Assembly (NCBI GenBank): GCA_028712175.1
Contig: JAQTQQ010000001.1
Span: 18,677 to 82,676 of the forward strand
DNA length: 64,000 nucleotides
Source of the DNA: Candidatus Omnitrophota bacterium
GTDB lineage: Bacteria; Omnitrophota; Gorgyraeia; Gygaellales; Profunditerraquicolaceae
Reading direction: 5' to 3'
The translations under genes and the position numbers were made by a program. The notes under the pieces are model-generated. The model ran no database searches, was not told the DNA's origin, and saw only the letters and a list, made by a program, of their open reading frames with translations. Shown here in pieces: positions 28,781-43,529 of this stretch (position 1 is its first letter; each line of letters opens with the position of its first letter).

Positions 28781-30320
28781 AATACTCCTGCAGCGATTTA
28801 ACTTTTAGCTTTTTCTTTAATAGCACCTCTATACCACTTACTGTTGCCTGTGCACCGAATATGGTTGTGGTATAAGGTATGCCATAACGGATAACCTGCG
28901 AACGGATCTTGATTTCATCAAGCCGGGGGATCCTGCCTGAAGGAGTATTAATAACCAATTGCAGCTTACCCTCTTTCATTAAATCCAAAACGTTAGGGCT
29001 GCCTTCTGATATTTTGGGAAGAATTTTTGCGGAAATATTAATTTTTTCCAATACCTGGGCCGTTCCGCTTGAAGCATAAATTTTAAAACCAAGGTCTTTT
29101 AGTTTCTTAGCTATTAAAATGATGCTCCTTTTATCGCGGTCACTAACAGAAATAAAAACATTGCCTTTCTTGGGCAGCCTCTGACCGGCGGCAAGCTGGC
29201 TTTTAATATATGCTTGGCCGAAATCCACGTCAATTCCCATAACCTCTCCGGTAGATTTCATCTCCGGGCCAAGGATTATGTCTACGCCAGGAAAACGGTT
29301 AAAAGGAAATACGGATTCTTTAATCGCTACGTGCTTAGGAACGAGCTCTTTGGTAAACCCGAGCTCTTTTAATTTCTTTCCCAACATAACCTTGGTTGCT
29401 AACTTTGCCAGCGGCACACCGATTACTTTGGACACAAACGGCACGGTCCGCGAGGCGCGAGGGTTAACCTCCAGCACATAAACCTTACTGTCTTTTACCG
29501 CGTATTGCACATTCATTAACCCCACGATATTGAGTTCGCCGGCCATGTGGATTGTTGCCCGCCGTATCTCTCTTAATATTTCACCGGATAAGGTATACGT
29601 CGGAAGAGACATGGCTGCGTCTCCGGAATGCACTCCTGCCTGCTCAATATGCTCCATAATCCCCCCGATAACAAAATCCCGGCCATCTCCTACAAGATCA
29701 ACATCAACCTCTATGGCATCCTCCAGGAATTTATCAACCAAAACAGGATGCCCTTCGGAAACCTCAGCTGCTTCTTTAATAAATTTTTCTAAGACCTTTT
29801 CATCATAAGCAATTTCCATTGCCCTGCCCCCTAAAACATATGAAGGACGGACTAATACCGGATAGCCAATCTGGCCAGCCACTTCTTTTGCTTGATCAAA
29901 AGTAAATGCGGTGCCATTTACCGGCTGCAAAAGACCAAGTTTATCCAGCATATGCTTAAAACGTTTGCGGTCCTCGGCAATATCAATACTGTCGGCGCTT
30001 GTTCCTAAAAGGTTTACCCCTGCCTTCAGTAAAGGGACAGCTAAATTAAGCGGGGTCTGCCCCCCAAATTGTACAATCACGCCAATTGGTTTTTCCCTTT
30101 CAATAATATTCATGATATCTTCAAAGGTAAGCGGTTCAAAATAAAGACGGTCAGAGGTATCATAATCCGTAGAAACTGTTTCAGGATTACAATTGACCAT
30201 AATACTTGCCACACCTTCCTCTTTTAAGGCAAATGCAGCATGACAACAGCAATAATCAAATTCAATTCCCTGCCCAATTCTATTGGGTCCACCACCTAAA
30301 ATAACTACTTTTTTCTTCAT
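28758..30320 (-). CDS. carB: Carbamoyl-phosphate synthase large subunit, C-terminal half only (second ATP-grasp plus MGS-like allosteric domain): a split carB
   Basis: 520 aa starting VVILGGGPNRIGQGIEFDYCCCHA. This corresponds to CarB residues about 550-1070, and no N-terminal half is adjacent. Confidence 0.8.
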   Translation of the reverse strand: MKKKVVILGGGPNRIGQGIEFDYCCCHAAFALKEEGVASIMVNCNPETVSTDYDTSDRLYFEPLTFEDIMNIIEREKPIGVIVQFGGQTPLNLAVPLLKAGVNLLGTSADSIDIAEDRKRFKHMLDKLGLLQPVNGTAFTFDQAKEVAGQIGYPVLVRPSYVLGGRAMEIAYDEKVLEKFIKEAAEVSEGHPVLVDKFLEDAIEVDVDLVGDGRDFVIGGIMEHIEQAGVHSGDAAMSLPTYTLSGEILREIRRATIHMAGELNIVGLMNVQYAVKDSKVYVLEVNPRASRTVPFVSKVIGVPLAKLATKVMLGKKLKELGFTKELVPKHVAIKESVFPFNRFPGVDIILGPEMKSTGEVMGIDVDFGQAYIKSQLAAGQRLPKKGNVFISVSDRDKRSIILIAKKLKDLGFKIYASSGTAQVLEKINISAKILPKISEGSPNVLDLMKEGKLQLVINTPSGRIPRLDEIKIRSQVIRYGIPYTTTIFGAQATVSGIEVLLKKKLKVKSLQEYYARAARG

Positions 30321-30382
30321 TTAAACCCCACTATTGCTATATTTATGCTTACTTATTGGTCTAGCCACTCCACTTAGTAAAA

Positions 30383-30455
30383 ATGCGCCTGGACAGAATC
30401 GAACTGTCACCACTAGCTTCGGAGGCTAGTGCGCTATCCGTTGCGCTACAGGCGC
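30383..30455 (-). tRNA. tRNA-Arg (CCG)
   Basis: The reverse complement is GCGCCTG-TA-GCGC-AACGGATA-GCGC-A-CTAGC-CTCCGAA-GCTAG-TGGT-GACAG-TTCGATT-CTGTC-CAGGCGC-A. The plus-strand ORF at 30383-30676 is spurious. Confidence 0.75.
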
Positions 30456-30456
30456 C

Positions 30457-31695
30457 TCAAAACAAACTTAATTGCTGCTCGCTTTTCTTCTCTTCCCCGT
30501 TGTCATCGAATATGGATACCGTTCCATATTCGCCGTCAAAACCTGCTTTAATATTTACTTTGCCTGCACGCACACGCATAACACCATCAACAATTTTGGG
30601 GGGCAAGTTTTTAAGCAATTCATCTTTTGAAGCCTTGAGCAAAATATTGAACTCTGTGCCAAATTTAGCCAAATAAGCCAAATACTCCCTTTCAACGCTC
30701 AACGATGACTTGCCTACGCCTTTTGCTTCAGCCATTATCTCCACAAAAGGAATGAGGTTCTTAAATGGGATAGCGTTGTCCGGTTTAAAACCCTCGGGCC
30801 GGTCCGCTAACTTTTCTACGCGGTTAACTACCCCGACAGTTATAGGCTTGCCGCATTTAGAGCACCTTCCGCCGTGCTCTTTGGTTTCTTGAGGCGACCA
30901 ACGGACTCCGCAAAGCCTGTGCCCATCATAATGGTACTTTCCTTCTTCGGGAAAAAATTCAATAGTATAAAGAAATCTTTCTTTATCCTTGGTTTTTAAA
31001 ACTTCCCTTATTGTTTTATAATCCATTTGGCAATTAAAGACGTTTGCTTCGCGGCCAATCTTTTGCGGAGAATGCGAATCGCTATTAGAAATCAAGGTAA
31101 ACCTATCTAAGGCGCTCAGGCGCCAATTCATTGCAGGATCGCTGGATAACCCGGTTTCAAGGGCAAAAATTTTCTCGGTTTGTTTCTCGAAGCAGTCCTC
31201 GATTTTATCAAATCCCGACATAGAACCAAATGCGCTAAACCATGGAGTCCAAATATGCGCCGGGACAATCATACAATTCTCGTCAATATCAAAAACGATC
31301 CGGGCAAGCTCGGCAGCATCTAGACCCAATATCGGCCGGCCGTCGCTAGCTAAGTTTCCGATCCTGCCTAACCGTTCGTTTATCTTATCCACACTTTTAA
31401 ATGACGGGCTAAAAATAAGATTGTGGATACGGTAAGAGCGTCCATTTTTAGAATAAATACTGCTTACTTCGGCAGTAAGCATAAAATAGATTCCGGCGTG
31501 TTTAAATAAACCGTTGCCACAATCTTCGAAAGAATGCTTTAACTCTTCCAGCCACAAATGATGCGTAAAATCACCCGTACCCATCAAGTGTATGCCTTTT
31601 AGTTTTGCCCAGGCGGCTAAATGCTTCACATCCATATCGCGGCTGGTTGCCCGGGAATATTTGGAATGGATGTGAAAATCTGCGATAAATTCCAT
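30457..31695 (-). CDS. PHP-domain protein of the TIGR00375 / EndoQ-like family (endonuclease acting at deaminated bases)
   Basis: N-terminal ADFHIHSKYSRATS is the PHP HxH motif. The 412 aa size fits, and HYDGHRLCG...CSKCG is a Zn-finger-like cluster. The family assignment is from memory and not verified. Confidence 0.5.
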   Translation of the reverse strand: MEFIADFHIHSKYSRATSRDMDVKHLAAWAKLKGIHLMGTGDFTHHLWLEELKHSFEDCGNGLFKHAGIYFMLTAEVSSIYSKNGRSYRIHNLIFSPSFKSVDKINERLGRIGNLASDGRPILGLDAAELARIVFDIDENCMIVPAHIWTPWFSAFGSMSGFDKIEDCFEKQTEKIFALETGLSSDPAMNWRLSALDRFTLISNSDSHSPQKIGREANVFNCQMDYKTIREVLKTKDKERFLYTIEFFPEEGKYHYDGHRLCGVRWSPQETKEHGGRCSKCGKPITVGVVNRVEKLADRPEGFKPDNAIPFKNLIPFVEIMAEAKGVGKSSLSVEREYLAYLAKFGTEFNILLKASKDELLKNLPPKIVDGVMRVRAGKVNIKAGFDGEYGTVSIFDDNGEEKKSEQQLSLF

Positions 31696-31697
31696 AT

Positions 31698-32972
31698 TTA
31701 ATTTTTATATACTACTTTACCCCGGTAAATAGTGTATTCAACCAGGCCCTTTACTGTTCTTCCGATAAAAGGGGAGTTTTTTGATTTTGAAATAATTTTA
31801 CTTTTCTCAAGGAGAAACTCCTTTTCGGCATTTACGATAATTATATCGGCATCATCCCCTGCGCCAAGAGAACCTTTATTAATGCCTAAAATCTTTGCCG
31901 GATTTACGGATATTTTCTCGACCAATTCCGGCCAGCTTAATACCTTTTTGCTGATTAACTCCATAATGCTTATTGCCAGACCGGACTCAAGGCCAATCTT
32001 ACCGAATTCCGCACGATCAAACTCGATATCCTTCTCGTTTTCTGTATGCGGGGCATGATCCGAGGCAATTGCGTCTATAACCCCGTCTTTTAATCCTGCC
32101 TTTATTGCCGCCACATCCTCTTTGCTTCTTAAGGGCGGATTAGTTTTCATCTTGGTATCATAATCCACAATGTCTTCTTCCGATAAAGCAAAATAATGAG
32201 GTGCGGTTTCACAAGTAACCTTTAACCCTATTTTCTTTGCCTTTGCAATTATCTCCACGGACTCCCTGCAGCTTACATGCGCAATATGCACCCGAGTGTC
32301 CGCCCTGGCGGCTAAATCAATATCCCGGCTTATTCTTTTATATTCCGATTCATTTGATATGCCGCGCAGGCCCAAACGAGTAGACTGAAAACCTAAATTA
32401 ATTACTCCTTTACCAGAAAGCTTCTTATCCTCGCAGTGACAAACTGTTAAAAGGCCGTATTGTTTTGCGCTTTTAAATGCATCCAACATCACCTCATCGC
32501 TGTCTACGGAACTTCCATCGTCAGAGATAGCAATAGCGCCGGCACGCTTAAGCTTTGCCATATCGTTTAACTCTTGGCCTAAGCGGCCTTTAGTAATCGC
32601 GCCGCAAACCAACACATTAATTAATGCGTTTTTGGCGATTATCCCGCGCAGCAGCTTAATATTTTCTTCGCAATCCATCGCCGGCAGGGTATTGGGCATA
32701 GCTAAAACAGTAGTTACGCCACCCTTGGAAGCCGCAGCTGTGCCGCTTAAAACAGTCTCTTTATCTTCTCGCCCCGGCTCGCGCAAATGCACATGCATAT
32801 CAATAATGCCCGGGGCAACAATTTTACCTCCGGCATCAATTATAGCTGCATCGGCCGCTTGAATGTTTTTACCAATCTTGGATATCTGATGGTCTTGGAT
32901 TAAGATGTCAAGCACTGCATCAATCTTATTGAGCGGATCAATTACCCTGCCCCCCTTTATAAGTATGCTCAT
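31698..32972 (-). CDS. pyrC: Dihydroorotase
   Basis: GIIDMHVHLREPG, and ASDHAPH near the C-terminus. Confidence 0.85.
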   Translation of the reverse strand: MSILIKGGRVIDPLNKIDAVLDILIQDHQISKIGKNIQAADAAIIDAGGKIVAPGIIDMHVHLREPGREDKETVLSGTAAASKGGVTTVLAMPNTLPAMDCEENIKLLRGIIAKNALINVLVCGAITKGRLGQELNDMAKLKRAGAIAISDDGSSVDSDEVMLDAFKSAKQYGLLTVCHCEDKKLSGKGVINLGFQSTRLGLRGISNESEYKRISRDIDLAARADTRVHIAHVSCRESVEIIAKAKKIGLKVTCETAPHYFALSEEDIVDYDTKMKTNPPLRSKEDVAAIKAGLKDGVIDAIASDHAPHTENEKDIEFDRAEFGKIGLESGLAISIMELISKKVLSWPELVEKISVNPAKILGINKGSLGAGDDADIIIVNAEKEFLLEKSKIISKSKNSPFIGRTVKGLVEYTIYRGKVVYKN

Positions 32973-33900
32973 TTTCGTGCGTCCTTTGCTTGCGCGACCA
33001 AAAATAAAACCGCCATTCTTACGGCAATGCCGTTAGTAACCTGCTCTAAAATCACCGAGTTTGCCCCGTCTGCTACATTGCTGGACATTTCAATACCCCG
33101 ATTAATCGGCCCGGGATGCATCACTACAATATCTTTTTTAGCCTTTGCCAGCCTTTCCTCGGTAATCCCGAATTTTTTGAAATAATCCAATTGCTCGGGA
33201 AATGCCGCGCCTTCGTCCCGCTCAAATTGCATCCTTAAAACATTTACTGCGTCAGCTTGTTTTAAAACTTCGTCGATATTACTTGAAGTTTTTGCTCCGG
33301 TCAGCTCTATACCAACCGGAAGCAGCATTTTAGGCGCGCACAAAATAACATTTGCCCCCAGTTTAGTAAGCCCCCAGATATTTGAACGGGCAACCCGTGA
33401 ATGCGCGATATCCCCGACGATGGCGACATTTAAACCTTTGATTTTACCTAACTTTTCTCTTAATGTAAAGATGTCAAGCAGCGCCTGCGTCGGATGCTCA
33501 TGCCAACCGTCTCCGGCATTGACTACGCTAATGTCTAAAGAACGTGCCAGCATATTGGCGGCCCCGGAACAGTTGTGCCGCATAATAATTATATCGGCTT
33601 TAAGCGCCTGGATATTTTTGCCGGTATCAATGAGTGTTTCACCCTTGCGCACGCTGGATGTCTCCGATGCGATATTGATCACGTCGGCGGAAAGGCGCTT
33701 GGCCGCTACTTCAAAAGATACACGAGTGCGCGTAGACGGTTCATAAAAAAGATTCACCGCGGTTTTACCGCGTAAGGCGGGGACTTTTTTTATTTCACGG
33801 GTAGAAACTTCTTTAAAAGACTCGGCAGTATCTAAAATAAGGGTGATCTCGTCTTCTGTTAAATATTCAAGCCCCAAAAGGTCTTTTTTTGTCCAAGCCA

Positions 33901-33901
<1 letters not shown>
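32969..33901 (-). CDS. pyrB: Aspartate carbamoyltransferase catalytic subunit
   Basis: STRTRVSFE, and HPTQAL / HPGP motifs. Confidence 0.9.
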
Positions 33902-34479
<578 letters not shown>

Positions 34480-34592
34480 TTAGGTTGTACTATTATTACA
34501 CACATTCGCCTTACCTTGCCAGCTTCACAGAGCCGGGCTTAAAGGTCCTTTTATTATATATAAGTTTATCATAAGCTGCTCCTTTGTCAAGG

Positions 34593-35246
34593 CTAAATTA
34601 CAATGACAAATTCTCCGCGCGGCCTGCCTCTTGAAAGCCTCTGCTGAATGCTATCCGGGCTTCCGCGCAGGATTTCTTCAAATTTCTTAGTCAACTCCCT
34701 GGCCACCACAATCTCCCTCTGCCCAAAGACCGTATCTATATCTCGCAGGCTTGCCAGTATCCTGTGACAGGATTCATAAAAAACCAGCGTACATCCTATT
34801 TTCTTGAGCCTTTCCAGTTGATTCCTGCGCGCGCCCGAGCGGTTAGGCAAAAACCCGGCAAAATAAAACTCATGGGCCGGTTTACCGGAAAGCACCAATG
34901 CATGCACAAATGCCGTAGCCCCCGGGATAAAAGAAACCTCGAGATTGTTTTTTATCGCCAGATTAATCAGATTATAGCCGGGATCCAGAATACCCGGGGT
35001 TCCCGCATCGGACACAAGGGCAATATTTTTCCCCAATTTTAACAAATTAACCAGATATTCGCCTTTAGTGAACCGGTTGTGCTGAAAAAAACTTGTTGTG
35101 GGCGTAGAAATTCCGTAATGAGTCAGCAATATCTGCGTATGCCGGGTATCTTCGCAGGCAATCAAGTCTGCGCTTTTTAGAACTTCAACCGCTCTTAGCG
35201 ATAAATCTTTTAAATTGCCAATGGGGGTGGCAACGATATAAAGCAT
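34593..35246 (-). CDS. rsmI: 16S rRNA (cytidine1402-2'-O)-methyltransferase
   Basis: MLYIVATPIGNLKDLS...ACEDTRHT is the tetrapyrrole-methylase fold typical of RsmI. Confidence 0.85.
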   Translation of the reverse strand: MLYIVATPIGNLKDLSLRAVEVLKSADLIACEDTRHTQILLTHYGISTPTTSFFQHNRFTKGEYLVNLLKLGKNIALVSDAGTPGILDPGYNLINLAIKNNLEVSFIPGATAFVHALVLSGKPAHEFYFAGFLPNRSGARRNQLERLKKIGCTLVFYESCHRILASLRDIDTVFGQREIVVARELTKKFEEILRGSPDSIQQRLSRGRPRGEFVIVI

Positions 35247-37084
35247 TATTCTACGGTTACGGATTTAGCTAAATTACGCGGCTGGTCAACATCACAGCCC
35301 CGTTTCACAGCAATATGATATGCCAATAATTGCAGCGGCAGCGCTACTAGAAGGGGGGAAAATATTTCTTCTGTCTTGGGCACATAAATTACTTCACGGG
35401 TAAGCTCTTTAATTTCACAGTCCCCGCATGTGGCGATGGAGATAATTTTACCTTTGCGCGAACGAATCTCCTGAATATTGGAAACCATTTTTTCATATAC
35501 TTTCGATGCAGGAGCAATACAAACTACCGCCCTGTATTCATCAATTAAAGCGATCGGCCCATGCTTCATCTCGCCGGCGGCATATCCTTCCGCAGGTATA
35601 TAAGATATTTCTTTTAATTTTAGCGCCCCTTCTAAGGCAGAGGGATAATTTATGTTTCTCCCCAAGTATAGAAATGACCCCAAATGCGAATGTTTACGGG
35701 CAAGGCCGGCAATGCTTTTCTGATGTTTCAAAATCTCCATTTGATGCGCAGGAATCTTACGCAATTCAGTCAATAACTTTTTTATCCTCTCATGCGGCAA
35801 CGCGCCCTTAATCTGCGCCAGGTAGAAAGCAAAAAGATACAGCGCGGTGATTTGGGCAGTATAGGCCTTGGTGGAGGCAACACCAATCTCGGGTCCGGCA
35901 TGAGTGTAAATTATACCATCCGATTCCCGGGTAAGCGTCGAGCCTAAAACATTACATATAGAAATTACGGGTGAACCGCGCCGCTTGGCTTCTCTTATGC
36001 CAGCTAGAGTATCCGCTGTTTCTCCGGATTGGCTTATGGCAATAACTAAAGTTTCCGGTCCAATCAAAAGATCGCGATACCTGAATTCGCTGGAAACATC
36101 TATCTGCGCAGGGATGCCGCAAAGCGATTCCAACGCATATTTTACCACCATCCCGGCATGATATGCCGTACCGCATGCTACAATAAAAATCTCCCGGATT
36201 TCTTTAAGTTTGGCATCCGGGATATTCTGCTCTTGAAAATAAATTTTCCCTGTTTCCTTACTAATGCGCGAATCAATAAGGCTGTCTAATATTTTGGGCT
36301 GCTCATTAATTTCCTTGAGCATAAAATGATCAAACCCTGTCTTCTGCGCAGAATCAATATCCCAACTGATATGCGTGGTTTGCTTAAAAACGGTCTTGCC
36401 ATCGAGCGTGCTAACCTTAAAATTGTCTTTATCTAAAATGGCGACTTCATTTTCATCCAAGAAAACAACCTCTTTGGTAAAGCCGAGGACAGCGGGGACA
36501 TCCGAAGCAAGAAAATTGTCACCATTACCGACACCAATAATTAAAGGGCTTCCTAAACGCGCCCCGATTAATTTATTTGGCTCTCTTACGGAAATCACCC
36601 CTATAGCAAAAGAACCTATTAATAATTTAAGCGCCTTACATACTGCTTCCTCGAGAGGAATATTTTTATAAAATTTCTCGATCAGATGGACGATAACCTC
36701 GGTATCTGTCTGGCTATTAAAAACATGCCCCTCTTTAACCAACTGCGCCTTCAAAGGCTCATAATTCTCAATAATACCGTTATGCACAATAGCAATTGAG
36801 CCGGAACAATCGCAATGAGGATGCGCATTAGCCTGCGTAGGGGCGCCGTGCGTTGCCCAACGCGTGTGCGCAATGCCCACTACTCCGCTAAGCGGCTTAC
36901 TTTTAACCAATTTTTCCAGAGCGCTGATCTTTCCGGGAGCTTTTCTGACAGAAATGCTGTATTTTTTAGGAGAAATTAAAGCTATGCCGCTTGAATCATA
37001 GCCGCGGTACTCCAGGCGTTTTAAGCCGGATAATAAAACGGGCTGCGCTTCTTTTTCTCCGATATATCCGACTATTCCACACAT
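35246..37084 (-). CDS. glmS: Glutamine--fructose-6-phosphate aminotransferase
   Basis: MCGIVGYIG (Ntn Cys2), two SIS domains, C-terminal ...KSVTVE. The track ORF extends 14 codons upstream. I placed the start at the Met preceding CGIVG. Confidence 0.9.
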   Translation of the reverse strand: MCGIVGYIGEKEAQPVLLSGLKRLEYRGYDSSGIALISPKKYSISVRKAPGKISALEKLVKSKPLSGVVGIAHTRWATHGAPTQANAHPHCDCSGSIAIVHNGIIENYEPLKAQLVKEGHVFNSQTDTEVIVHLIEKFYKNIPLEEAVCKALKLLIGSFAIGVISVREPNKLIGARLGSPLIIGVGNGDNFLASDVPAVLGFTKEVVFLDENEVAILDKDNFKVSTLDGKTVFKQTTHISWDIDSAQKTGFDHFMLKEINEQPKILDSLIDSRISKETGKIYFQEQNIPDAKLKEIREIFIVACGTAYHAGMVVKYALESLCGIPAQIDVSSEFRYRDLLIGPETLVIAISQSGETADTLAGIREAKRRGSPVISICNVLGSTLTRESDGIIYTHAGPEIGVASTKAYTAQITALYLFAFYLAQIKGALPHERIKKLLTELRKIPAHQMEILKHQKSIAGLARKHSHLGSFLYLGRNINYPSALEGALKLKEISYIPAEGYAAGEMKHGPIALIDEYRAVVCIAPASKVYEKMVSNIQEIRSRKGKIISIATCGDCEIKELTREVIYVPKTEEIFSPLLVALPLQLLAYHIAVKRGCDVDQPRNLAKSVTVE

Positions 37085-37170
37085 GGAACACCTTAAAGTT
37101 TGCCTTACCAGAACCCCGCTGGACACTCAACTGCTTTATGACAATGCGGCGGGATTTTTCTCAATCAAAA

Positions 37171-37245
37171 TGACCCTGACGGGATTTGAACCCGTGTCGA
37201 GAGCTTGAAAAGCTCTTGTCCTGGACCAGGCTAGACGACAGGGTC
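37171..37245 (-). tRNA. tRNA-Glu (TTC)
   Basis: The reverse complement is GACCCTG-TC-GTCT-AGCCTGGTCC-AGGAC-...-AGAGC-TTTTCAA-GCTCT-...-CGGGT-TCAAATC-CCGTC-AGGGTC-A. Confidence 0.8.
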
Positions 37246-37254
37246 TTTTAAGCC

Positions 37255-39687
37255 TTATTCACCTTCCTCCGCGATCACCGGAGCAACACAAGAAACTCGG
37301 TCCTTATCTTGTAACTTAATTAACCGCACCCCCTGCGATGAACGCCCGGTTTCGCGGATATCTTTTATTGCACAGCGCAGGAATATTCCGTTTTGGGTAA
37401 TCACCATCAGCTCATCTTTATCATTTACGGTTTTTAAATTTACTGCCTGTCCGTTTTTGTCCGTAACTTTGATATTAATTACGCCTTTGCCCCCGCGGCT
37501 GGTCAAGCGATACTCATCAACAGTCGTACGTTTTGCAAAACCCAGTTCTGTAACCGTAAGTATAGTAGAATCTTTTTGCGGCACGACCATATCAATAACT
37601 TCATCTTTTTTAGCCAAAGATATCGCGCGCACTCCATGCGCGCCTCTACCCATTTCTCGCACCTTATCTTCGGTAAATCTTATAGCCTTGCCCTGCTTGG
37701 TCCCGATAAGCAGTTCCTGTTTCCCGTCGGTCATTTCAACCCCGATTAATGCATCATCTTTATCTAAGGTAATACCGATAATCCCGCCTTTACGCGGATT
37801 GCCGTAAGCATCAAGCTTGGTCTTCTTGATCTGGCCAAACTTAGTAACCATTACCAGGTATTTATCCGCAGAAAACTCTTTTACCGGGATAGTGGAACTT
37901 ACTTTGGCCGTCTGCTCCATTTGCACAAGGTTAATAATCGCCTTGCCTTTAGATATACGGCTTGCCTGCGGTATTTCATAAACTTTTAACCAGTGCACCT
38001 GGCCTTTATCGGTAAAAATTAACAGGTAGTCTTTGGTGGAGGCGACAAAAAGATGCTCGCTAAAATCTTCATCTTTAAGTTCAGCCCCTGTTGCACCAGT
38101 CCCCCCCCGTTTTTGTTTGCGATAAGCGCTTACCGGCAGGCGTTTAATATAACCCCCATGGCTGATCGTTACAACCACATCTTCTTCGGCGATAAAGTCT
38201 TCGACTTCCAGCTCTTCTGCTTCGCCGACTATATCTGTGCGGCGGCTGTCCCCGTATTTTTTCTTTAACTCTTCCAGCTCTTCTTTAATAATTGCTTCGA
38301 TTTTTTTGAGCGAGGCTAAAATCGCCCGGCACAATTCTATCTTCTTTAGGAGCTCCGCATATTCCGCATCAATCTTATCCCGCTCAAGGGCGGTTAGGCG
38401 CTGTAACTGCATTTCGAGGATCGCCTGAGATTGTATCTCTGAAAGCTCGAATTCTTTCATTAAATTCAATTTGGCAGCATCCACGCTCTTAGAAGTTTTA
38501 ATAACCTTGATAATGCGATCGATAAACTTAAGCGCGATCTTTAAGCCTTCTAAAATATGCGCCCTCTTTAAAGCTTTATCTAATTCAAATTGGGTACGCC
38601 TGCGGATAACTACACGGCGATGTTCAATATAACAATCTAATACTTGACGCAAATTTAATACTTTGGGGCGGTTATCAACTAAAGCCAGCATAATAATTCC
38701 AAAGGTGCTTTCCAGCTGGGTGTGTTTAAAAAGCTGGTTCAGGATAATTTGGGATTCGGTATCGCGCTTAAGCTCAACCACTATGCGCATACCTTCTTTA
38801 TCCGACTCATCCCTGATATCGGAAATGCCTTCAATTTTTTTATCATCAACCAGCCCGGCGATAGCTTCAATTAGGGCGGATTTCTGCACCTGATAGGGAA
38901 TTTCGGTAAAAATAATCAGATCTTTACCATTCTTCTGATGCTCAACCGTAGCCCTGGCGCGCATCAGAAGCTTGCCCCTGCCGGTCATATAAGCATCTTT
39001 AATACCGCTTTTACCGCAAATTAAACCTCCGGTCGGAAAATCCGGCCCCTTAATGTAACGCATCAAGTCTTTAATCTCTGCTTCGGGGTGATCAATAAGA
39101 TAAATAAGCGCATCGCATACTTCAGTTAAGTTATGCGGCGGGATATTGGTTGCCATGCCAACAGCAATTCCGCTTGAGCCGTTCACCAAAAGATTGGGCA
39201 GAGTTGCCGGTAAAAGCAGCGGCTCTTTTAAGGAAGAGTCAAAGTTGGGCCCAAAGTTTACTGTTTCCTTCTCAATATCTCCGAGCATTTCATCGCTGAT
39301 TGCGTCAAGGCGCGCCTCAGTATAACGCATGGCAGCTGCAGCGTCCCCGTCAACCGAACCAAAGTTGCCTTGGCCGTCAACTAAAGGATAGCGCAGAGAA
39401 AAATCCTGCGCCATTCTTACCAGAGTATCATAAATAGCCATATCTCCGTGGGGGTGGTATTTACCCATGGTTTCGCCAACGATACGGGCGCACTTTTTAT
39501 AAGGCTTGGAGTGTTCAAGACTCAACTCCCGCATGGCATACAGGATACGACGATGTACGGGTTTCAGCCCGTCGCGGACATCGGGCAGGGCTCGCCCGAC
39601 AATTACACTCATGGCGTAATTTAAATAAGAATCCTTAACCTCGTCCTCAATATATACTTCGATTATTTTTTCGTTGCGCGTGTACAT
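37255..39687 (-). CDS. gyrA: DNA gyrase subunit A
   Basis: [34 protein letters not shown] (QRDR region), with the Tyr active site upstream, and 810 aa. Confidence 0.95.
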   Translation of the reverse strand: MYTRNEKIIEVYIEDEVKDSYLNYAMSVIVGRALPDVRDGLKPVHRRILYAMRELSLEHSKPYKKCARIVGETMGKYHPHGDMAIYDTLVRMAQDFSLRYPLVDGQGNFGSVDGDAAAAMRYTEARLDAISDEMLGDIEKETVNFGPNFDSSLKEPLLLPATLPNLLVNGSSGIAVGMATNIPPHNLTEVCDALIYLIDHPEAEIKDLMRYIKGPDFPTGGLICGKSGIKDAYMTGRGKLLMRARATVEHQKNGKDLIIFTEIPYQVQKSALIEAIAGLVDDKKIEGISDIRDESDKEGMRIVVELKRDTESQIILNQLFKHTQLESTFGIIMLALVDNRPKVLNLRQVLDCYIEHRRVVIRRRTQFELDKALKRAHILEGLKIALKFIDRIIKVIKTSKSVDAAKLNLMKEFELSEIQSQAILEMQLQRLTALERDKIDAEYAELLKKIELCRAILASLKKIEAIIKEELEELKKKYGDSRRTDIVGEAEELEVEDFIAEEDVVVTISHGGYIKRLPVSAYRKQKRGGTGATGAELKDEDFSEHLFVASTKDYLLIFTDKGQVHWLKVYEIPQASRISKGKAIINLVQMEQTAKVSSTIPVKEFSADKYLVMVTKFGQIKKTKLDAYGNPRKGGIIGITLDKDDALIGVEMTDGKQELLIGTKQGKAIRFTEDKVREMGRGAHGVRAISLAKKDEVIDMVVPQKDSTILTVTELGFAKRTTVDEYRLTSRGGKGVINIKVTDKNGQAVNLKTVNDKDELMVITQNGIFLRCAIKDIRETGRSSQGVRLIKLQDKDRVSCVAPVIAEEGE

Positions 39688-39689
39688 AG

Positions 39690-42433
<2,744 letters not shown>

Positions 42434-42437
42434 AGCA

Positions 42438-43529
42438 TTAATTAAGCCGCATAGGTAAAACTATATACACATACCCGCTCATCCGAATTACCCCGGGCTT
42501 TTCTGCATCAATTAATTCCAAGCTAACCGTTTCATCATTCAAAATCTTCACAACATCCATCAGGTAGACCGGATTAAAACCGATGACCAATTCTCTGCCC
42601 TGATAATCGACCGCTAACTCCTCATGAAATTCGCCCACGTCCGGTGTGGATTTGGAAATTACTAATTTATTTTTAAACACCTCTAATTTTACTGCTTGAT
42701 AATCCTGCGTAGCTAAAAGTGCCGCCCTTTTAATCGCTAATAAAAACTGGCTGCGGCCTACCTTCATTTTATTTTCAGACGCCGGAGGTATAACCTGCTT
42801 ATAATCCGGAAACTCCCCTTCTATCAAACGCGAAACAATCCCCACCCCCCCTAAATCAAACAACACCTGATTACTACTAATTACCAAAGACAACTCACCT
42901 TCCTCTTTTAAGTTGCGGCTTAATTCCTGAATTGTTTTAATCGGAACGATCATATTAAGATCTACATCCGACTCAAGAGACAGTTTTCTTTCGGCAATCG
43001 CCAGTCTTTTACCGTCGGTGGATACTAAAACCAGCGTTCCTCTGTTAATCTTAAAAAGGATTCCGTTTAAAACATACCGAGTTTCGTCAAAAGACACCGC
43101 AAAAGAGGTTAAAGATAACGCTTGTTTTAACACTCCTTGCTCTATTTTAATTGCTTTTTTATCCTTAAACTCAGGTAACTTAGGAAATTCCTCTTTTGCT
43201 AACCCCATAATCTTAAACTGACACAAATCAGAATCAATTGTAATCTGATTGTTTTTTTTAGTAGAAATATTCACAACATCCACAGGAAATTCCTTAATTA
43301 TATCGCTAAATCTTTTTGCTGGAATCGTAATAGAACCTGGCTCTTGTGTATCCACAGGGATTACACAGGTTATTCCTATATCTAAATCTGTAGCTACAAG
43401 CCTTAGACTGTTTGCTTGGCTCTCCATCAACACATTGGACAAAATTGGCAAAGCCGATTTTGATGTTATAACGTTTTGAACGGTTTGGATCGCCCACATT
43501 AACTTGTCCTTCTCAACTTTAAACCTCAT
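42438..43529 (-). CDS. dnaN: DNA polymerase III beta sliding clamp
   Basis: 363 aa with three-domain clamp periodicity, directly downstream of dnaA. Confidence 0.9.
   Translation of the reverse strand: MRFKVEKDKLMWAIQTVQNVITSKSALPILSNVLMESQANSLRLVATDLDIGITCVIPVDTQEPGSITIPAKRFSDIIKEFPVDVVNISTKKNNQITIDSDLCQFKIMGLAKEEFPKLPEFKDKKAIKIEQGVLKQALSLTSFAVSFDETRYVLNGILFKINRGTLVLVSTDGKRLAIAERKLSLESDVDLNMIVPIKTIQELSRNLKEEGELSLVISSNQVLFDLGGVGIVSRLIEGEFPDYKQVIPPASENKMKVGRSQFLLAIKRAALLATQDYQAVKLEVFKNKLVISKSTPDVGEFHEELAVDYQGRELVIGFNPVYLMDVVKILNDETVSLELIDAEKPGVIRMSGYVYIVLPMRLN

Noticed and set aside
30383-30676. 97-aa plus-strand ORF
   Set aside because: It starts inside the minus-strand tRNA-Arg and overlaps the EndoQ-like gene antisense, so it is a spurious call.
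37085-37170. Possible glmS ribozyme upstream of glmS
   Set aside because: Only about 86 nt separate glmS from tRNA-Glu, which is too short for the roughly 150-nt or longer ribozyme, and no conserved core motifs are seen.
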